Part shown: piece after piece, positions 54,701 through 63,625 of the stretch
How positions within the stretch are numbered: the first letter of the stretch is position 1
How the letters are laid out: each line of letters starts with the position of its first letter
DNA from: a virus
Virus record (IMG/VR): IMGVR_UViG_3300029319_000005
Coordinates: 32,001 to 96,000 of that record
DNA: 64,000 bases
Direction: 5' to 3' (one strand)
Translations under genes and position numbers: made by a program
The notes under the pieces: model-generated
Told to the model about the DNA's origin: nothing
Database searches by the model: none
Seen by the model: only the letters and a program-made list of their open reading frames with translations

Positions 54701-57700
54701 TGACTCTCCAAAAGGTAGTTCAATCGTAGGATAGATAGTATCAAAAATTTTATCCCACTCTTCTCTTTCTGGCGTTCCCTCCTCCGCTTTTGGTATAGCA
54801 TATTGTAAATTTAAGAAATTTAAAAGAGATTCTGATGCGTCTTGCACATTTGAAAAATCTGCGTTTCTAATAAATTCTTTTAAATCTTTTTCAATAGGAA
54901 ATAATGCTAGATCTTCACTATGTTTATTTTCCATATATAAAATCAATCTAGGAAACAAAGATGACTTTAGTGACAAGCGCCACTTTCCTTGTTCCGAATC
55001 GTAAATCAATTGTCTTATATGAAATCTTTTATCCCAATCAGACCACCCAGGAGACGACATACCTTCGTAAATCTTAGCAAAAACAGCATAGCAATCTTCC
55101 GACGTTATTGGGTTATCGATATCACCTTTACCTAAAACAATTTTGTCTTGATTTTCATAAGCAGTATTATCCCAGACATTCCAAGTAAATTTTGATTCAT
55201 ATTCAACGTAGTATTTCATTGAATTTAAATATTTTTGTATATACAGAACGTTAAGCCATGATTTTTGTAAATAAGTGTCAACCACTGAAAAAGACGCCGG
55301 GGCGTGGATTAAATTGGTTCCTTGATTAGGAGAGTAGGGAGCAGCGCCATCAGTCCAATCTAATGATTCTCCAGTATAAGGAACAAAATTTGTAAGCAAT
55401 AAATCTGTTTTAAACTGCTCAAAATCAGTTCCTTGTTTTTTAAGCATTACTTGATATATCGAGATGATAGAATCGAATAAGGCACTTTCTTTATCTTTTA
55501 AAGAAACAATATCAAGCGCACTCCATTTGCTCCAATCGGTAGCACTCAAATCCGCTTCAAATTTAACAAAGCTGTTAGGAGTGTACCTTACGACAGATCT
55601 TTTTGAATTATTGATACTATCTCCTCCAATATAAAAAGAGAAATTAGCACCTTTCTTTGCCTTAGATGTGTTTGGATCAACAAGCCTATGAGCACCAAGG
55701 GGAACGTGTGGAAGTCCATCAGTCTTCGCTAGATCCCCTATTGTGGCAATTGATTTAAACACTCGAACATTCCCATCCGAATCTATATTATTTATATTTT
55801 TAAAGTTAGAGTCTTGGCCTGTAAGATTCAACAATTTTTTGGGAATCGCTGTTGGCCTATATCTAAACTGTTTCCAGTCTTCAAAAATTTCAAACAATTC
55901 TTTATCAATTGCAGACAATTCAGAAAAACCTTCATTAAGATTATTGGTTACTGTAGCCAGTGAATAAAAATCATCTAGCCCTACATAGCCATTAAATAAA
56001 GGTGCTGCTCCATCAATCTCTAAAAAGTCTTTCACATAGTCAAAAGATTGATCGCTTATTTGTCCATATATTCCTTGGGAAACTGCCTCTTCCGCCGATA
56101 GGTTTGAAAACATAGGATTTGAATTAAAATTAACCTTTTTAGCACTTGTTTTAATGGGAGGTATATTTTTCAACTTCGGCTGATTATTGCCGATATTAAG
56201 CTTGGCCTTAACCTCTATGAACTGTTCTAAAACAAATCCTCCATCTTTAAAATATCTTTGATCAATATTATTTTTTAATATTTGCTTTTCTATAGAAACA
56301 ATCCTTCCAAGCTCATTGTTATAAAAATTTGGTGGTACATCAAACTTTTCAAAATCAACTTCAAGAGTAGCGAGCATATCATTTAAATCAATAGTCCCCT
56401 TTTGCGAAGCCTGCGACAGCACTTCTAATAATTCATCATTTTTTGGACCATTATAGGCATAGCTTAGATATCTTGCGATATCCAAAGCTTGATTAGCAGG
56501 GTCCTCAAACATACTAACAAACGTAGGAACGTTTAAGACCTCTGGATAAACCGTTCTTCCCGCAATCTTAAGGTTATCATCAGTCAAAGCCTTGTTTTTT
56601 AAATCCGGCTGTACAACTCCGTATGTTTGTACGACTGGCGTGTCTAATATTCTACGGAAAAGGCTGTCAGATACTTCTCCAAACTTTTCAACATCAATAT
56701 CTAACTCAGAGACTGTCTGGATGTTCTCTTTAACCTTATCTGAGACTTCGTACAGTGTCTTTTCTAAAAGCAATTTTAAAGCATCAGTGTTTGTCATTTC
56801 AATGGCTTCTTCTTGAGTTAAAATGTCATATGAAGCTTGTGCCATTAGACTTAAAATATCGTCCGCGCCGTCTTCGACTTCTGCACAAAATAAACTAAAT
56901 ATAAAGCCCATATAGATTTCTTTGTTCACACTGTTTAGGCCAATCTCAGAAAAATAAAATATAGACGGAAGAAATTTTTCATATATTAGGACTCTCATAA
57001 AAGTTTTAGTCAGTCCTGCCATGATCGCTCTTTGCAATGCTGCTTGCTCATCAAGTCCTTGACAAATAAAGTTCTTTCTGATCGTTTCCATAGATGCCGT
57101 TAAAGAGGCCAGGTCCATAAGATCAACTTGCTTTGTAGGACAAAGCGGATCATCAAACAGAGTCATAGTTAAAATTCTGTTCGAGTCTAAGAATGGTGAA
57201 TATAAAGATTTTTTAGAAAACCTTCCAGCGAGTGTGTCTAAAGCAGTCGAATAGTGGGCTCGCATGGACGCTCTGAACTGTGCCTCAAATTGCTCATTAA
57301 TTTGACCTAAAATAGGTTTCCAACTGTCTGTCATGACCTGAGAAAACCTTTCTGCTTGGGACGACGGCTGAAACTGTCCCTCTATCCCCACCGCATAGGG
57401 GTCCGGATAAGCGTGAGTTTTTGAAAGAGCCTTCATGGCTTGTTCAAGTTGTGCGCTTGGATTAGGGCTTTTTATTCTCAAAGACAAGGTTTCATTTTGA
57501 TTATCTATTTCTATAGAATGCAAGCCTGTAATGTCTATTAGATACTGCGAGGCTCCGTCAGGCGACAATCCAGAATAAATTTTATTTTTAAGAATTATTT
57601 CTTTATCATATTCCAGATTATTAACAAAATCATTATTTTTTATGTTTTGAGCATTCGTCTTCTTTGTTAAAGATAAAGCAGCTACTGCTCTGTTTTCTTT

Positions 57701-60646
57701 TAATTCACTAAAACGATCAATGCCGTCCAATGATTCTATAAATTCTAATCCCGCAGCAAATCCAGAGGTGTTAAATAATCTTCTTAATTTTGCCATGGGA
57801 TCGATAGTATTAAATCTAACTTCTTGTTTAAAATCGTTAGAAATGACCTCTACTAAGGTGTTATCTTCATCTTTTAAAAGATTTCTAAAATCTACTAAAA
57901 GCTCAACATTTTTCTGTGAAGCTCCTCCTTTGTTTGCGCTCATAGAAGGCACTAGCACTTTGTCATCAAGCTCTATAAAGTTGGTAGTAATGTTTAATTT
58001 AGAAATTGCATCGCTATCAAACAAAAATACAGGAAAAGCATTCAATTCAACCGTAAACTTTGTCTTAATTGAATCAAAGGCACTCTGATAGGCGCTTTTA
58101 TTCATAAAATCGCCAGCCGGATCAGGAATTTTTAACAACTCACACGGCTGTAAAACAAACTCTGGGTCGAATGCCAGAGCGCTTTCAGGATTTTTATCTG
58201 GCAGTCCGCCAATAATTTCATCTAAAAGACCGTCATCATAATTTGAATATTTGTCTTTCATTTGCTGTTTAAAGTCAGCACAAATTTCGGCGCTTGACAT
58301 CCTAGCCATTTCATCTATTTTTTCATCTAATAGTGATAAGTTACAATCTTCTCGACCCATAGACGCTAATCCAGATTCGACAGCAGCCTTTTCGGACCTG
58401 ATCCCTAGTTGTTGGTTAAGTCCTCTTGCTATCGCTTCAATTACAGAGTTATTAGCGTTCCCTTGCAAGCAATCTCTCATTTCCAAAGGAGTAGTAGTGT
58501 TGGTAACAATTTTCGCTAATTTTTCGATTTCTTTTTTAGTGCGTAGTAAGTTTGCAGACTTCGGAGATCTTTCCATTGATTTTGTAATAACATGGTCTGC
58601 AAACTTTAGAAGCGCATCATCTTTATTTGTTAAAAAGTCTCCAAGGTCTGCGGCCCCCTTCTTAAACTGATCGCCTACACCTTCAACATTACAAGAAGCG
58701 ATCATTATCAGCATTTGTTTAAAAAAATCAACAATTGCTCGTTCTACGGTCTCTTTTATAACTCCTTCAATATTGTTAGTAAAATCACCCCAAAAATCAC
58801 CAATTGGAGTGGTTTTTTTGAAAGCAGGCATTATCCTAGTATTTCCTAGAGTTACCAAAAATTTGTCAATCCTGTCAAGAACATCAACATTTGGAGTGCC
58901 ATATCTATCAGCACAAGTTAATCCTAGTATTAAAAGGTCTCTAACTGTCAACCTTTTCACAATCAAGTTTTCTATATCTTTAATTGTTTTAATTCTAGAA
59001 AGAAGCCTGCCGGAACTGATCTGCGCTACGGTTGAATCTCTAATAACGTGGCTGGGCCTTATTTTAGCATTGCCAGGATAACTTAACCAGGGCGCATCAT
59101 ATTGTTCATTTAAAGATGAAAAGTTAAAGCCATCCGATAAAAGAGACCCATATGCCTCATGTAGGCCAGAGGCAGCGATAGACGCAACCACTCCTCCGGC
59201 AACATCGCCAGTCACAAACAAGCCTTTTATATTGGCATCTGCTCCCGCCTCGGCAATACCAGCTAATGAGTTTATTGCGTCCTCTCTGTCAAAAGGAGCA
59301 TTTGTCACTTGATCATAAAGTTTTGAAATATCGTGTTTTACTTGTGATAAAATAGCCTTTTCTTTTTCAACATCCTCAGAACCTTTGTATAGCGCATCTG
59401 CTTCATCAAATACTTTCTCTATTTTTTGTAGATTTTCTATACTAATGTCTTTTGGATAGTGATAGGCCTCCAAAAATGGCATTAAATCAGTATAATCAGC
59501 ACCCCCTCCATCTAGAAAACCAGAAGTAACGTCGCTAATAGGATTAGAAGAATCAATTATTTCATTAATATTTCTAATGTAGTTAACGAAAGTTGGGTAA
59601 TATTCTGCTTCAATTGTGCTTTTAGTTCTACCTATGGATGTATCTAAAAACTGGTTGTTACCTAGTGACTCCTCGCTGCCCTCTAAATTTAGCTCTGCTG
59701 TTATTTGTGCTTCAAACTCTGACTCGCCAACCCTAATAGCAGCCGCTGGTAAATTTTTGATAAAACTAAATCCAAAGTACTGTTTTTCAAACCCTAATCT
59801 AGAAAGTGCTTCGTCGCTGTTTAAAGAAGACTCTCTAGGATTTTGCTCTACTAGTCCATAAACCTCTTCCATTAAGTTAACAGCCTGCTTTTCGCTAGAG
59901 TCTGGAATTTCCACTAAGTTTCTAGCTTCAGCCCTAAAAGATTCAAGCCCTCTAGAATCCGGAAAAGTTATACATAGAATAGGAACCAACCCTTCCAGCC
60001 ACGACACCGGCCCTTTAGTACTTCCGGCTATTTCATATAAACCCTGTTGGTTCACTTCGCTCGCTTGTTTTTGGGAAGATTTTTTCTCTTCATAAAATTC
60101 TTTCATGTCTGCTACTAACGCATCTTTCCATGCGTCAATATTTTCTATGATATATTTTTCTTTATAAAGATCGACTTTAATTTTATCTGCCGCTTCAACT
60201 ATTGCTGTTAAAACAGCCTTTAACTTTCTTAGCTTAGCCACGAAAATAGAATTGTCGCTATAAGTTTCGTCAAATTCTAGTATCACAAAATCAGTAGCCC
60301 CATTAAGAAGGGCGCTGCTAGGAGCATCTCTTCTAACTGCCCCTAAAGAACTTAATACAACATCAGATATCAAAACACTAACAGAAATCGTTGCTGCTGC
60401 CGGATCATACTTAAAGTAATCTCCCTTAATAGCTCTAGGTAACGAAATTAAATTAGCATCATTTGTGAGTTCCGAATATGCAGAGGGCGATAGCAGATAC
60501 TCAGTGTCTAGCAATTCAACCGCTCTAGTACGAATTAATTTTTGTACTTCGTTTGTAAACAGTTTTTCATTTTTATCAGCAACAAAGTCCTTGCCGCTAG
60601 ACCAGTCTATTACTATTGGAATTTGTAAATATTTTTTTGTAGCCAC
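51776..60646 (-). CDS. Giant hypothetical protein (2956 aa), probably virion-associated
   Basis: Uninterrupted ORF between the spike module and gp25; helical N-terminal half and hydrophobic C-terminus; no family recognised. Confidence 0.7.
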   Translation of the reverse strand: MATKKYLQIPIVIDWSSGKDFVADKNEKLFTNEVQKLIRTRAVELLDTEYLLSPSAYSELTNDANLISLPRAIKGDYFKYDPAAATISVSVLISDVVLSSLGAVRRDAPSSALLNGATDFVILEFDETYSDNSIFVAKLRKLKAVLTAIVEAADKIKVDLYKEKYIIENIDAWKDALVADMKEFYEEKKSSQKQASEVNQQGLYEIAGSTKGPVSWLEGLVPILCITFPDSRGLESFRAEARNLVEIPDSSEKQAVNLMEEVYGLVEQNPRESSLNSDEALSRLGFEKQYFGFSFIKNLPAAAIRVGESEFEAQITAELNLEGSEESLGNNQFLDTSIGRTKSTIEAEYYPTFVNYIRNINEIIDSSNPISDVTSGFLDGGGADYTDLMPFLEAYHYPKDISIENLQKIEKVFDEADALYKGSEDVEKEKAILSQVKHDISKLYDQVTNAPFDREDAINSLAGIAEAGADANIKGLFVTGDVAGGVVASIAASGLHEAYGSLLSDGFNFSSLNEQYDAPWLSYPGNAKIRPSHVIRDSTVAQISSGRLLSRIKTIKDIENLIVKRLTVRDLLILGLTCADRYGTPNVDVLDRIDKFLVTLGNTRIMPAFKKTTPIGDFWGDFTNNIEGVIKETVERAIVDFFKQMLIMIASCNVEGVGDQFKKGAADLGDFLTNKDDALLKFADHVITKSMERSPKSANLLRTKKEIEKLAKIVTNTTTPLEMRDCLQGNANNSVIEAIARGLNQQLGIRSEKAAVESGLASMGREDCNLSLLDEKIDEMARMSSAEICADFKQQMKDKYSNYDDGLLDEIIGGLPDKNPESALAFDPEFVLQPCELLKIPDPAGDFMNKSAYQSAFDSIKTKFTVELNAFPVFLFDSDAISKLNITTNFIELDDKVLVPSMSANKGGASQKNVELLVDFRNLLKDEDNTLVEVISNDFKQEVRFNTIDPMAKLRRLFNTSGFAAGLEFIESLDGIDRFSELKENRAVAALSLTKKTNAQNIKNNDFVNNLEYDKEIILKNKIYSGLSPDGASQYLIDITGLHSIEIDNQNETLSLRIKSPNPSAQLEQAMKALSKTHAYPDPYAVGIEGQFQPSSQAERFSQVMTDSWKPILGQINEQFEAQFRASMRAHYSTALDTLAGRFSKKSLYSPFLDSNRILTMTLFDDPLCPTKQVDLMDLASLTASMETIRKNFICQGLDEQAALQRAIMAGLTKTFMRVLIYEKFLPSIFYFSEIGLNSVNKEIYMGFIFSLFCAEVEDGADDILSLMAQASYDILTQEEAIEMTNTDALKLLLEKTLYEVSDKVKENIQTVSELDIDVEKFGEVSDSLFRRILDTPVVQTYGVVQPDLKNKALTDDNLKIAGRTVYPEVLNVPTFVSMFEDPANQALDIARYLSYAYNGPKNDELLEVLSQASQKGTIDLNDMLATLEVDFEKFDVPPNFYNNELGRIVSIEKQILKNNIDQRYFKDGGFVLEQFIEVKAKLNIGNNQPKLKNIPPIKTSAKKVNFNSNPMFSNLSAEEAVSQGIYGQISDQSFDYVKDFLEIDGAAPLFNGYVGLDDFYSLATVTNNLNEGFSELSAIDKELFEIFEDWKQFRYRPTAIPKKLLNLTGQDSNFKNINNIDSDGNVRVFKSIATIGDLAKTDGLPHVPLGAHRLVDPNTSKAKKGANFSFYIGGDSINNSKRSVVRYTPNSFVKFEADLSATDWSKWSALDIVSLKDKESALFDSIISIYQVMLKKQGTDFEQFKTDLLLTNFVPYTGESLDWTDGAAPYSPNQGTNLIHAPASFSVVDTYLQKSWLNVLYIQKYLNSMKYYVEYESKFTWNVWDNTAYENQDKIVLGKGDIDNPITSEDCYAVFAKIYEGMSSPGWSDWDKRFHIRQLIYDSEQGKWRLSLKSSLFPRLILYMENKHSEDLALFPIEKDLKEFIRNADFSNVQDASESLLNFLNLQYAIPKAEEGTPEREEWDKIFDTIYPTIELPFGESKGISQIAELKGIADGTAVYDLNILTATNGEQLQISSNLATSYVDVNEIVFNLNAEELYWHFDHVLKGLTFYGLFADKSIGANLVKWSSCIQGFNYYPYELVEREIDATLKKGNSAVSRLTWRQFSNPDVEIIFPKQITTKNLKKNIKDLTSLPLLDYEDVNYEFSSQIAVFSGLFGTDINEAPLFVKPSLLFGKTTIHQPNSSVTNFKSLDWMGENVNMDPDDIIQDSVSEHMSKRYHPDYLHEETSRVGFKVLTDDVTQNALPERNILAASYKPQQYSRIWGIKSKNYAPLLNESLGSHKDWDPDWDSGFWVGAKDAGLAIMEGVHNLFGFSGLSDENNPGPKSVLYFLNQFKEIWTEDHGRRRATLDTLLLNMKFYLNQIQNYDTLPKSHMNDWSILYISDAVDNFMNSDESLQLKSIRIGRPTPSGKFYEINSMTNNIDIGSRGLDYDQEIGATLNKFMSIINYDTLYGQDFEAGEEAVYTPVVDIPLVRAGAPGVEGEYLNMPMSIDKFAVHMNDAALFATGMSKTNHNNMYNSRTLYYLNPETNEYERISGEETIAYKLLKNWYDKIEELRDKRAKIINNLRDKVIKFMPAVKGSEFFADEPHTTYYEPLKAGVRLSYVLPVSKESEESIPSDGVFLKNSLSDMIQARRAFAGSPGRNYPPLYKKSYEIIERETKQVTVDDEQEVQTINKEIYKIPIAESKIKISDIYGVEDKDIPLSFALQLGPDGNILYDYNKVYEEVFKLKEELLKKQKFQVLFGYSLPVEDLATLSALGTYNTIVDTAKPGLSQMFSQTKSDLLNTMTAFSLPLSYDSAAEFRSYEEQYAFSTADPVDATGIDQQVILQASLMILKGLAEISDPTIATAKAIKDTVYQGVKTTIKAGEAAFGGDASSLYDNKTMRYWRSSQAMFPIVLSLLPYPLIPQEVLFAAGITNPFHITPLGMTYWGLSVTGKLDPLDGTLTAGYHSNEPC

Positions 60647-60657
60647 AGGCTAATTCC

Positions 60658-61608
60658 TTAAGTTATTATTTTCATGTTTTTAAAAGCACTTCCGACTTTA
60701 TTCTCTTTTTGTTCTAAATACTCAAAATAATTATCTAAAGTTGTTATTTTAGATCGATTTATTTCAGACCATTCACCATATAAATCTATTATTTTTTGTA
60801 TGTTTTTATTTTTTGGTCTTTTATTTTTAATCCACTCTAAGTTAGCTAAAATTGTTGGAGAGTAGTAAAAGTTTTCCTTTTCTTTAGGCCCCCCTTTTGG
60901 CGAAGGCCACCAAAACCATCCAGAAGCTTTTGCACTAAAATTCTCACTATGGATATCCTTATTTTTAAATAAGTCTTTGTTCTGATTTCTCCAGTGAATA
61001 GCATCATAATGCATATTATCAATTATATTCCTATTTTCATACATGCCAAGTCTACCGGAAGGTAACAGGCCAGCATCTAATAAAACACTAACTGCTGCAA
61101 TCACTTCAGTAGTGTCAAGTGCTGTATTGTCATCTGCGAAAAAAAATACGGGTTTTGCCGAAGAGCCATAATTTCCGTGATCCCAAGCAATTCCAGCCGG
61201 ATGAGCACCGCCTAGCCCGCTGCCTTTGTGTTGAACCAAAGTTCCTATTTGTGGTACATAGTTCACTCTTCTGCCCGTTGCAATACTAAGGAATTGCTTA
61301 GTAATTTCACCGCTTGCTGCATTTAATCTTAATCTAAGATTATCTTGGATTAGTTCATCTTTGAAAGGGGGAAAAGTTTTTTTACTCTGTGACCTGATGT
61401 ATTTTGTTCTAATTCCGTTTTTATTTATTTTTTTTACACCATTTTGACAAATTAGGATAAGAAGTTCATAAATATCAAGAGGAGTCTTGCCTATGGAGAC
61501 ATCAGATGGACTTTTCCCTTGCAATGAATAAAGACTTCCAAGTCCTAAATAAAATTCTTCAAAGGTCTCATCATCTATATTAACTTCTTTTGTAATAAAT
61601 TTGGTCAT
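60658..61608 (-). CDS. Putative peptidase M15-like (Zn) peptidoglycan hydrolase
   Basis: GAHPAGIAWD (H-x6-D) and GRLGMY...MHYD match the M15 H..G.A.D / G.Y...H.D arrangement. Confidence 0.5.
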   Translation of the reverse strand: MTKFITKEVNIDDETFEEFYLGLGSLYSLQGKSPSDVSIGKTPLDIYELLILICQNGVKKINKNGIRTKYIRSQSKKTFPPFKDELIQDNLRLRLNAASGEITKQFLSIATGRRVNYVPQIGTLVQHKGSGLGGAHPAGIAWDHGNYGSSAKPVFFFADDNTALDTTEVIAAVSVLLDAGLLPSGRLGMYENRNIIDNMHYDAIHWRNQNKDLFKNKDIHSENFSAKASGWFWWPSPKGGPKEKENFYYSPTILANLEWIKNKRPKNKNIQKIIDLYGEWSEINRSKITTLDNYFEYLEQKENKVGSAFKNMKIIT

Positions 61609-61616
61609 CGTTTCTT

Positions 61617-62660
61617 TTAGTTAGTATGGTTTTTATAGCTACATATATATTTTTCGCCTAGCAGAGCATCTGTATAGGTTTTTTTATTAATAATTAACGT
61701 TGCTTGATGCGCTTTCAGATTCTGCTGGAAAAAAGACGCCATGACGGCATTTATTCCTTTTCCTACGTTTTCTAGCCTTTCGGCTGGTCTGGTGGGTCCA
61801 TTAAAAAACGGCGAACTATGTGTGTGTTTTATAACGTGGGTATTAAAATTCGTCTGGTCGAGCACGAACTTTGATAAGTGCCCACTTAAACTAGCCACCT
61901 GTTGGTAAAGGTCATCAATACATTCTCTTAAATTATTTCCCTTGACCAGCGGCTGAACGTCAGTTGACATATCAACTCCTCTTGGATTAGTATTGTTGTT
62001 TGCAATCAAGTCGATACCGCCCGAATCGAAAACACGCCCTCCAAGAGAATTCTTTTTACCATTTACCATGTCCGACTCTGGGCCGACCCCGAATCCGGAA
62101 ACAATACGGATGTTTTCTCTACCAATTATCCTAATAACATCCGCCTTCATGCCGATTGCGGCTCTAGGCATTTCTTGACCATCATCTTTTGCAGTCGGTG
62201 CTCCCGGAGAAGACTGAAGTCCAAAATTCGTATCAATATTTGTTTTTTGGCTAATATAGATTCTAGCAGCATCATAAATAAAATTATTGTCAACATAAGC
62301 ATCTTTGCCATCAGACCGCTTGCTTTTAGCCAAAAATCCCATTCTTCCAACAACCACATCAATAGTATTAGATCGCGTGTTGCCAAGCCCCCCATATCCA
62401 GAAAAAATATTTCCAGGCCTATCCTTTCCCATGACTATATAAGAATTATTTTTACCTTTTATAACGTGTTCAGATTCAGTTTCAATAAACTTTGGTTCTG
62501 GCTCTGGTTGGAAACTACCGCCGACGCCCGGATAGTTTTTTTTCAAATCTCTAATTAACTCTTGCGCGCCATCAGAAAATTCATCAGATTCATAGCCGTC
62601 ATAATCAACTGCTTTTGAAACAGTCTTGTTAGAAGATATCTTATCTTGCGTGTCTTTCAA
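61617..62660 (-). CDS. Baseplate central spike protein (gp5/gpV C-terminal-like)
   Basis: Beta-strand repeats (IKGKNNSYIVMG, RIYISQ, KADVIRIIGRENIRI), PLVKGN and the HTH metal-binding tip motif. Confidence 0.65.
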   Translation of the reverse strand: MKDTQDKISSNKTVSKAVDYDGYESDEFSDGAQELIRDLKKNYPGVGGSFQPEPEPKFIETESEHVIKGKNNSYIVMGKDRPGNIFSGYGGLGNTRSNTIDVVVGRMGFLAKSKRSDGKDAYVDNNFIYDAARIYISQKTNIDTNFGLQSSPGAPTAKDDGQEMPRAAIGMKADVIRIIGRENIRIVSGFGVGPESDMVNGKKNSLGGRVFDSGGIDLIANNNTNPRGVDMSTDVQPLVKGNNLRECIDDLYQQVASLSGHLSKFVLDQTNFNTHVIKHTHSSPFFNGPTRPAERLENVGKGINAVMASFFQQNLKAHQATLIINKKTYTDALLGEKYICSYKNHTN

Positions 62661-62663
62661 TTT

Positions 62664-63308
62664 TTAATCCTCTTCTACAGCTTCAATGGTCGCACCTATA
62701 CTAACTTTTGAATCATAATCAGATACATTTACGTTAGAAAACCTATCATTAAAAGTTGTTAACGCTTTCTCTTCTTGCGTCGAGTTTAAATTTGTTTTTT
62801 CAGCACTCTGGCCCTTTACTGGACCTAAGTATCTAGGCCCTATCATATTAACCGGATCTTCATAAATAATATCAACAAGCGCTCCTACTTTAGGGATTCT
62901 AACACTATCATTCATAGGGAGGGCCACAGGATGTGCCTCTACCAAAAGAGAATCAAAGCCCTCAGAACTGTCTAAAGTATCAGGTGCCGGTATGCAGGCG
63001 TGCATCTCCGGTATTCTAAAAATAATCGGAGGTGGGGCTTGATCCATGAAAACATCTTTCTCAATATTCCCTTGATATGCCGCGCTCGAATTTTTTGATA
63101 AAACGGCTAAAACAAATCCTTTAAATACACCTCTCTCTCTAAATGGTATTGCAACCTGCTCGCTAACCCTTTCTTTAGCAACTTGCGTTAATTGTTCTAA
63201 TTTATCAGAAACGGTTGCAGCGAGGGGAGACAATTTTCTTTTGTCAACCCTTCTCCTGTGAACATTATTAGTAGGCGCAGTAAGTCTTTTTTTTAGTTTG
63301 TTTCTCAT
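62664..63308 (-). CDS. Putative spike OB-fold / hub protein
   Basis: FRIPE...ALP...IPKVGALVDIIY resembles the gp5/VgrG OB-fold motif. Confidence 0.45.
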   Translation of the reverse strand: MRNKLKKRLTAPTNNVHRRRVDKRKLSPLAATVSDKLEQLTQVAKERVSEQVAIPFRERGVFKGFVLAVLSKNSSAAYQGNIEKDVFMDQAPPPIIFRIPEMHACIPAPDTLDSSEGFDSLLVEAHPVALPMNDSVRIPKVGALVDIIYEDPVNMIGPRYLGPVKGQSAEKTNLNSTQEEKALTTFNDRFSNVNVSDYDSKVSIGATIEAVEED

Positions 63309-63604
63309 CCTTCTAAATTTCCATCCGGCTCGGCCTGTATTAGTTTGAATATTTCGTCTTTGTCAAAAGACGACAAGTCTTTGCCGCTGGATATCTTTTT
63401 CTGGAGTAGCGCTGATACTTTTACCAACTGTTCATTAGAGCGCTGCAATGTCTCTAGATACTTCGCAGCAACAGGTCCCAAGTCCTTGTGCATCTCTGCT
63501 AGCTGTATCTTTTCTAGTATGTCGGTTAGCAAGGTTAGGGCTAATGCCCTATCACTTCTTATGTTTGTAACCGATTCAGCTAGATATTCTTCTATTTTTT
63601 CCAT
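63305..63604 (-). CDS. Hypothetical helical protein (99 aa)
   Basis: ORF track; ATGA coupling to the next gene. Confidence 0.7.
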   Translation of the reverse strand: MEKIEEYLAESVTNIRSDRALALTLLTDILEKIQLAEMHKDLGPVAAKYLETLQRSNEQLVKVSALLQKKISSGKDLSSFDKDEIFKLIQAEPDGNLEG

Positions 63605-63611
63605 AGTAAAA

Positions 63612-63618
63612 TAAATAG
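63612..63618 (-). promoter_or_regulatory. Putative late promoter CTATTTA, 7 nt before an SD-less ATG
   Basis: Coding strand CCTATTTATTTTACTATG. Confidence 0.55.
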
Positions 63619-63625
63619 GAAAAAA

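Noticed and set aside
51776-60646. Possible virion RNA polymerase identity for the giant protein
   Set aside because: No convincing DxDGD/DFDID catalytic motif found; IDSDGN and ELDID do not fit.
3876-62395. Short alternative-frame minus-strand ORFs nested in sheath, capsid, LamG and spike genes (3876, 5253, 8942, 40338, 48929, 62147)
   Set aside because: No motif or expression signal noticed; expected by chance.
534-63614. Numerous plus-strand ORFs in the track (e.g. 11207..11746, 16122..16682, 58251..58670)
   Set aside because: They lie antisense to well-supported genes, are Ser/Phe/Leu-rich mirror translations of Glu/Lys-rich coding, and show no recognisable motifs.
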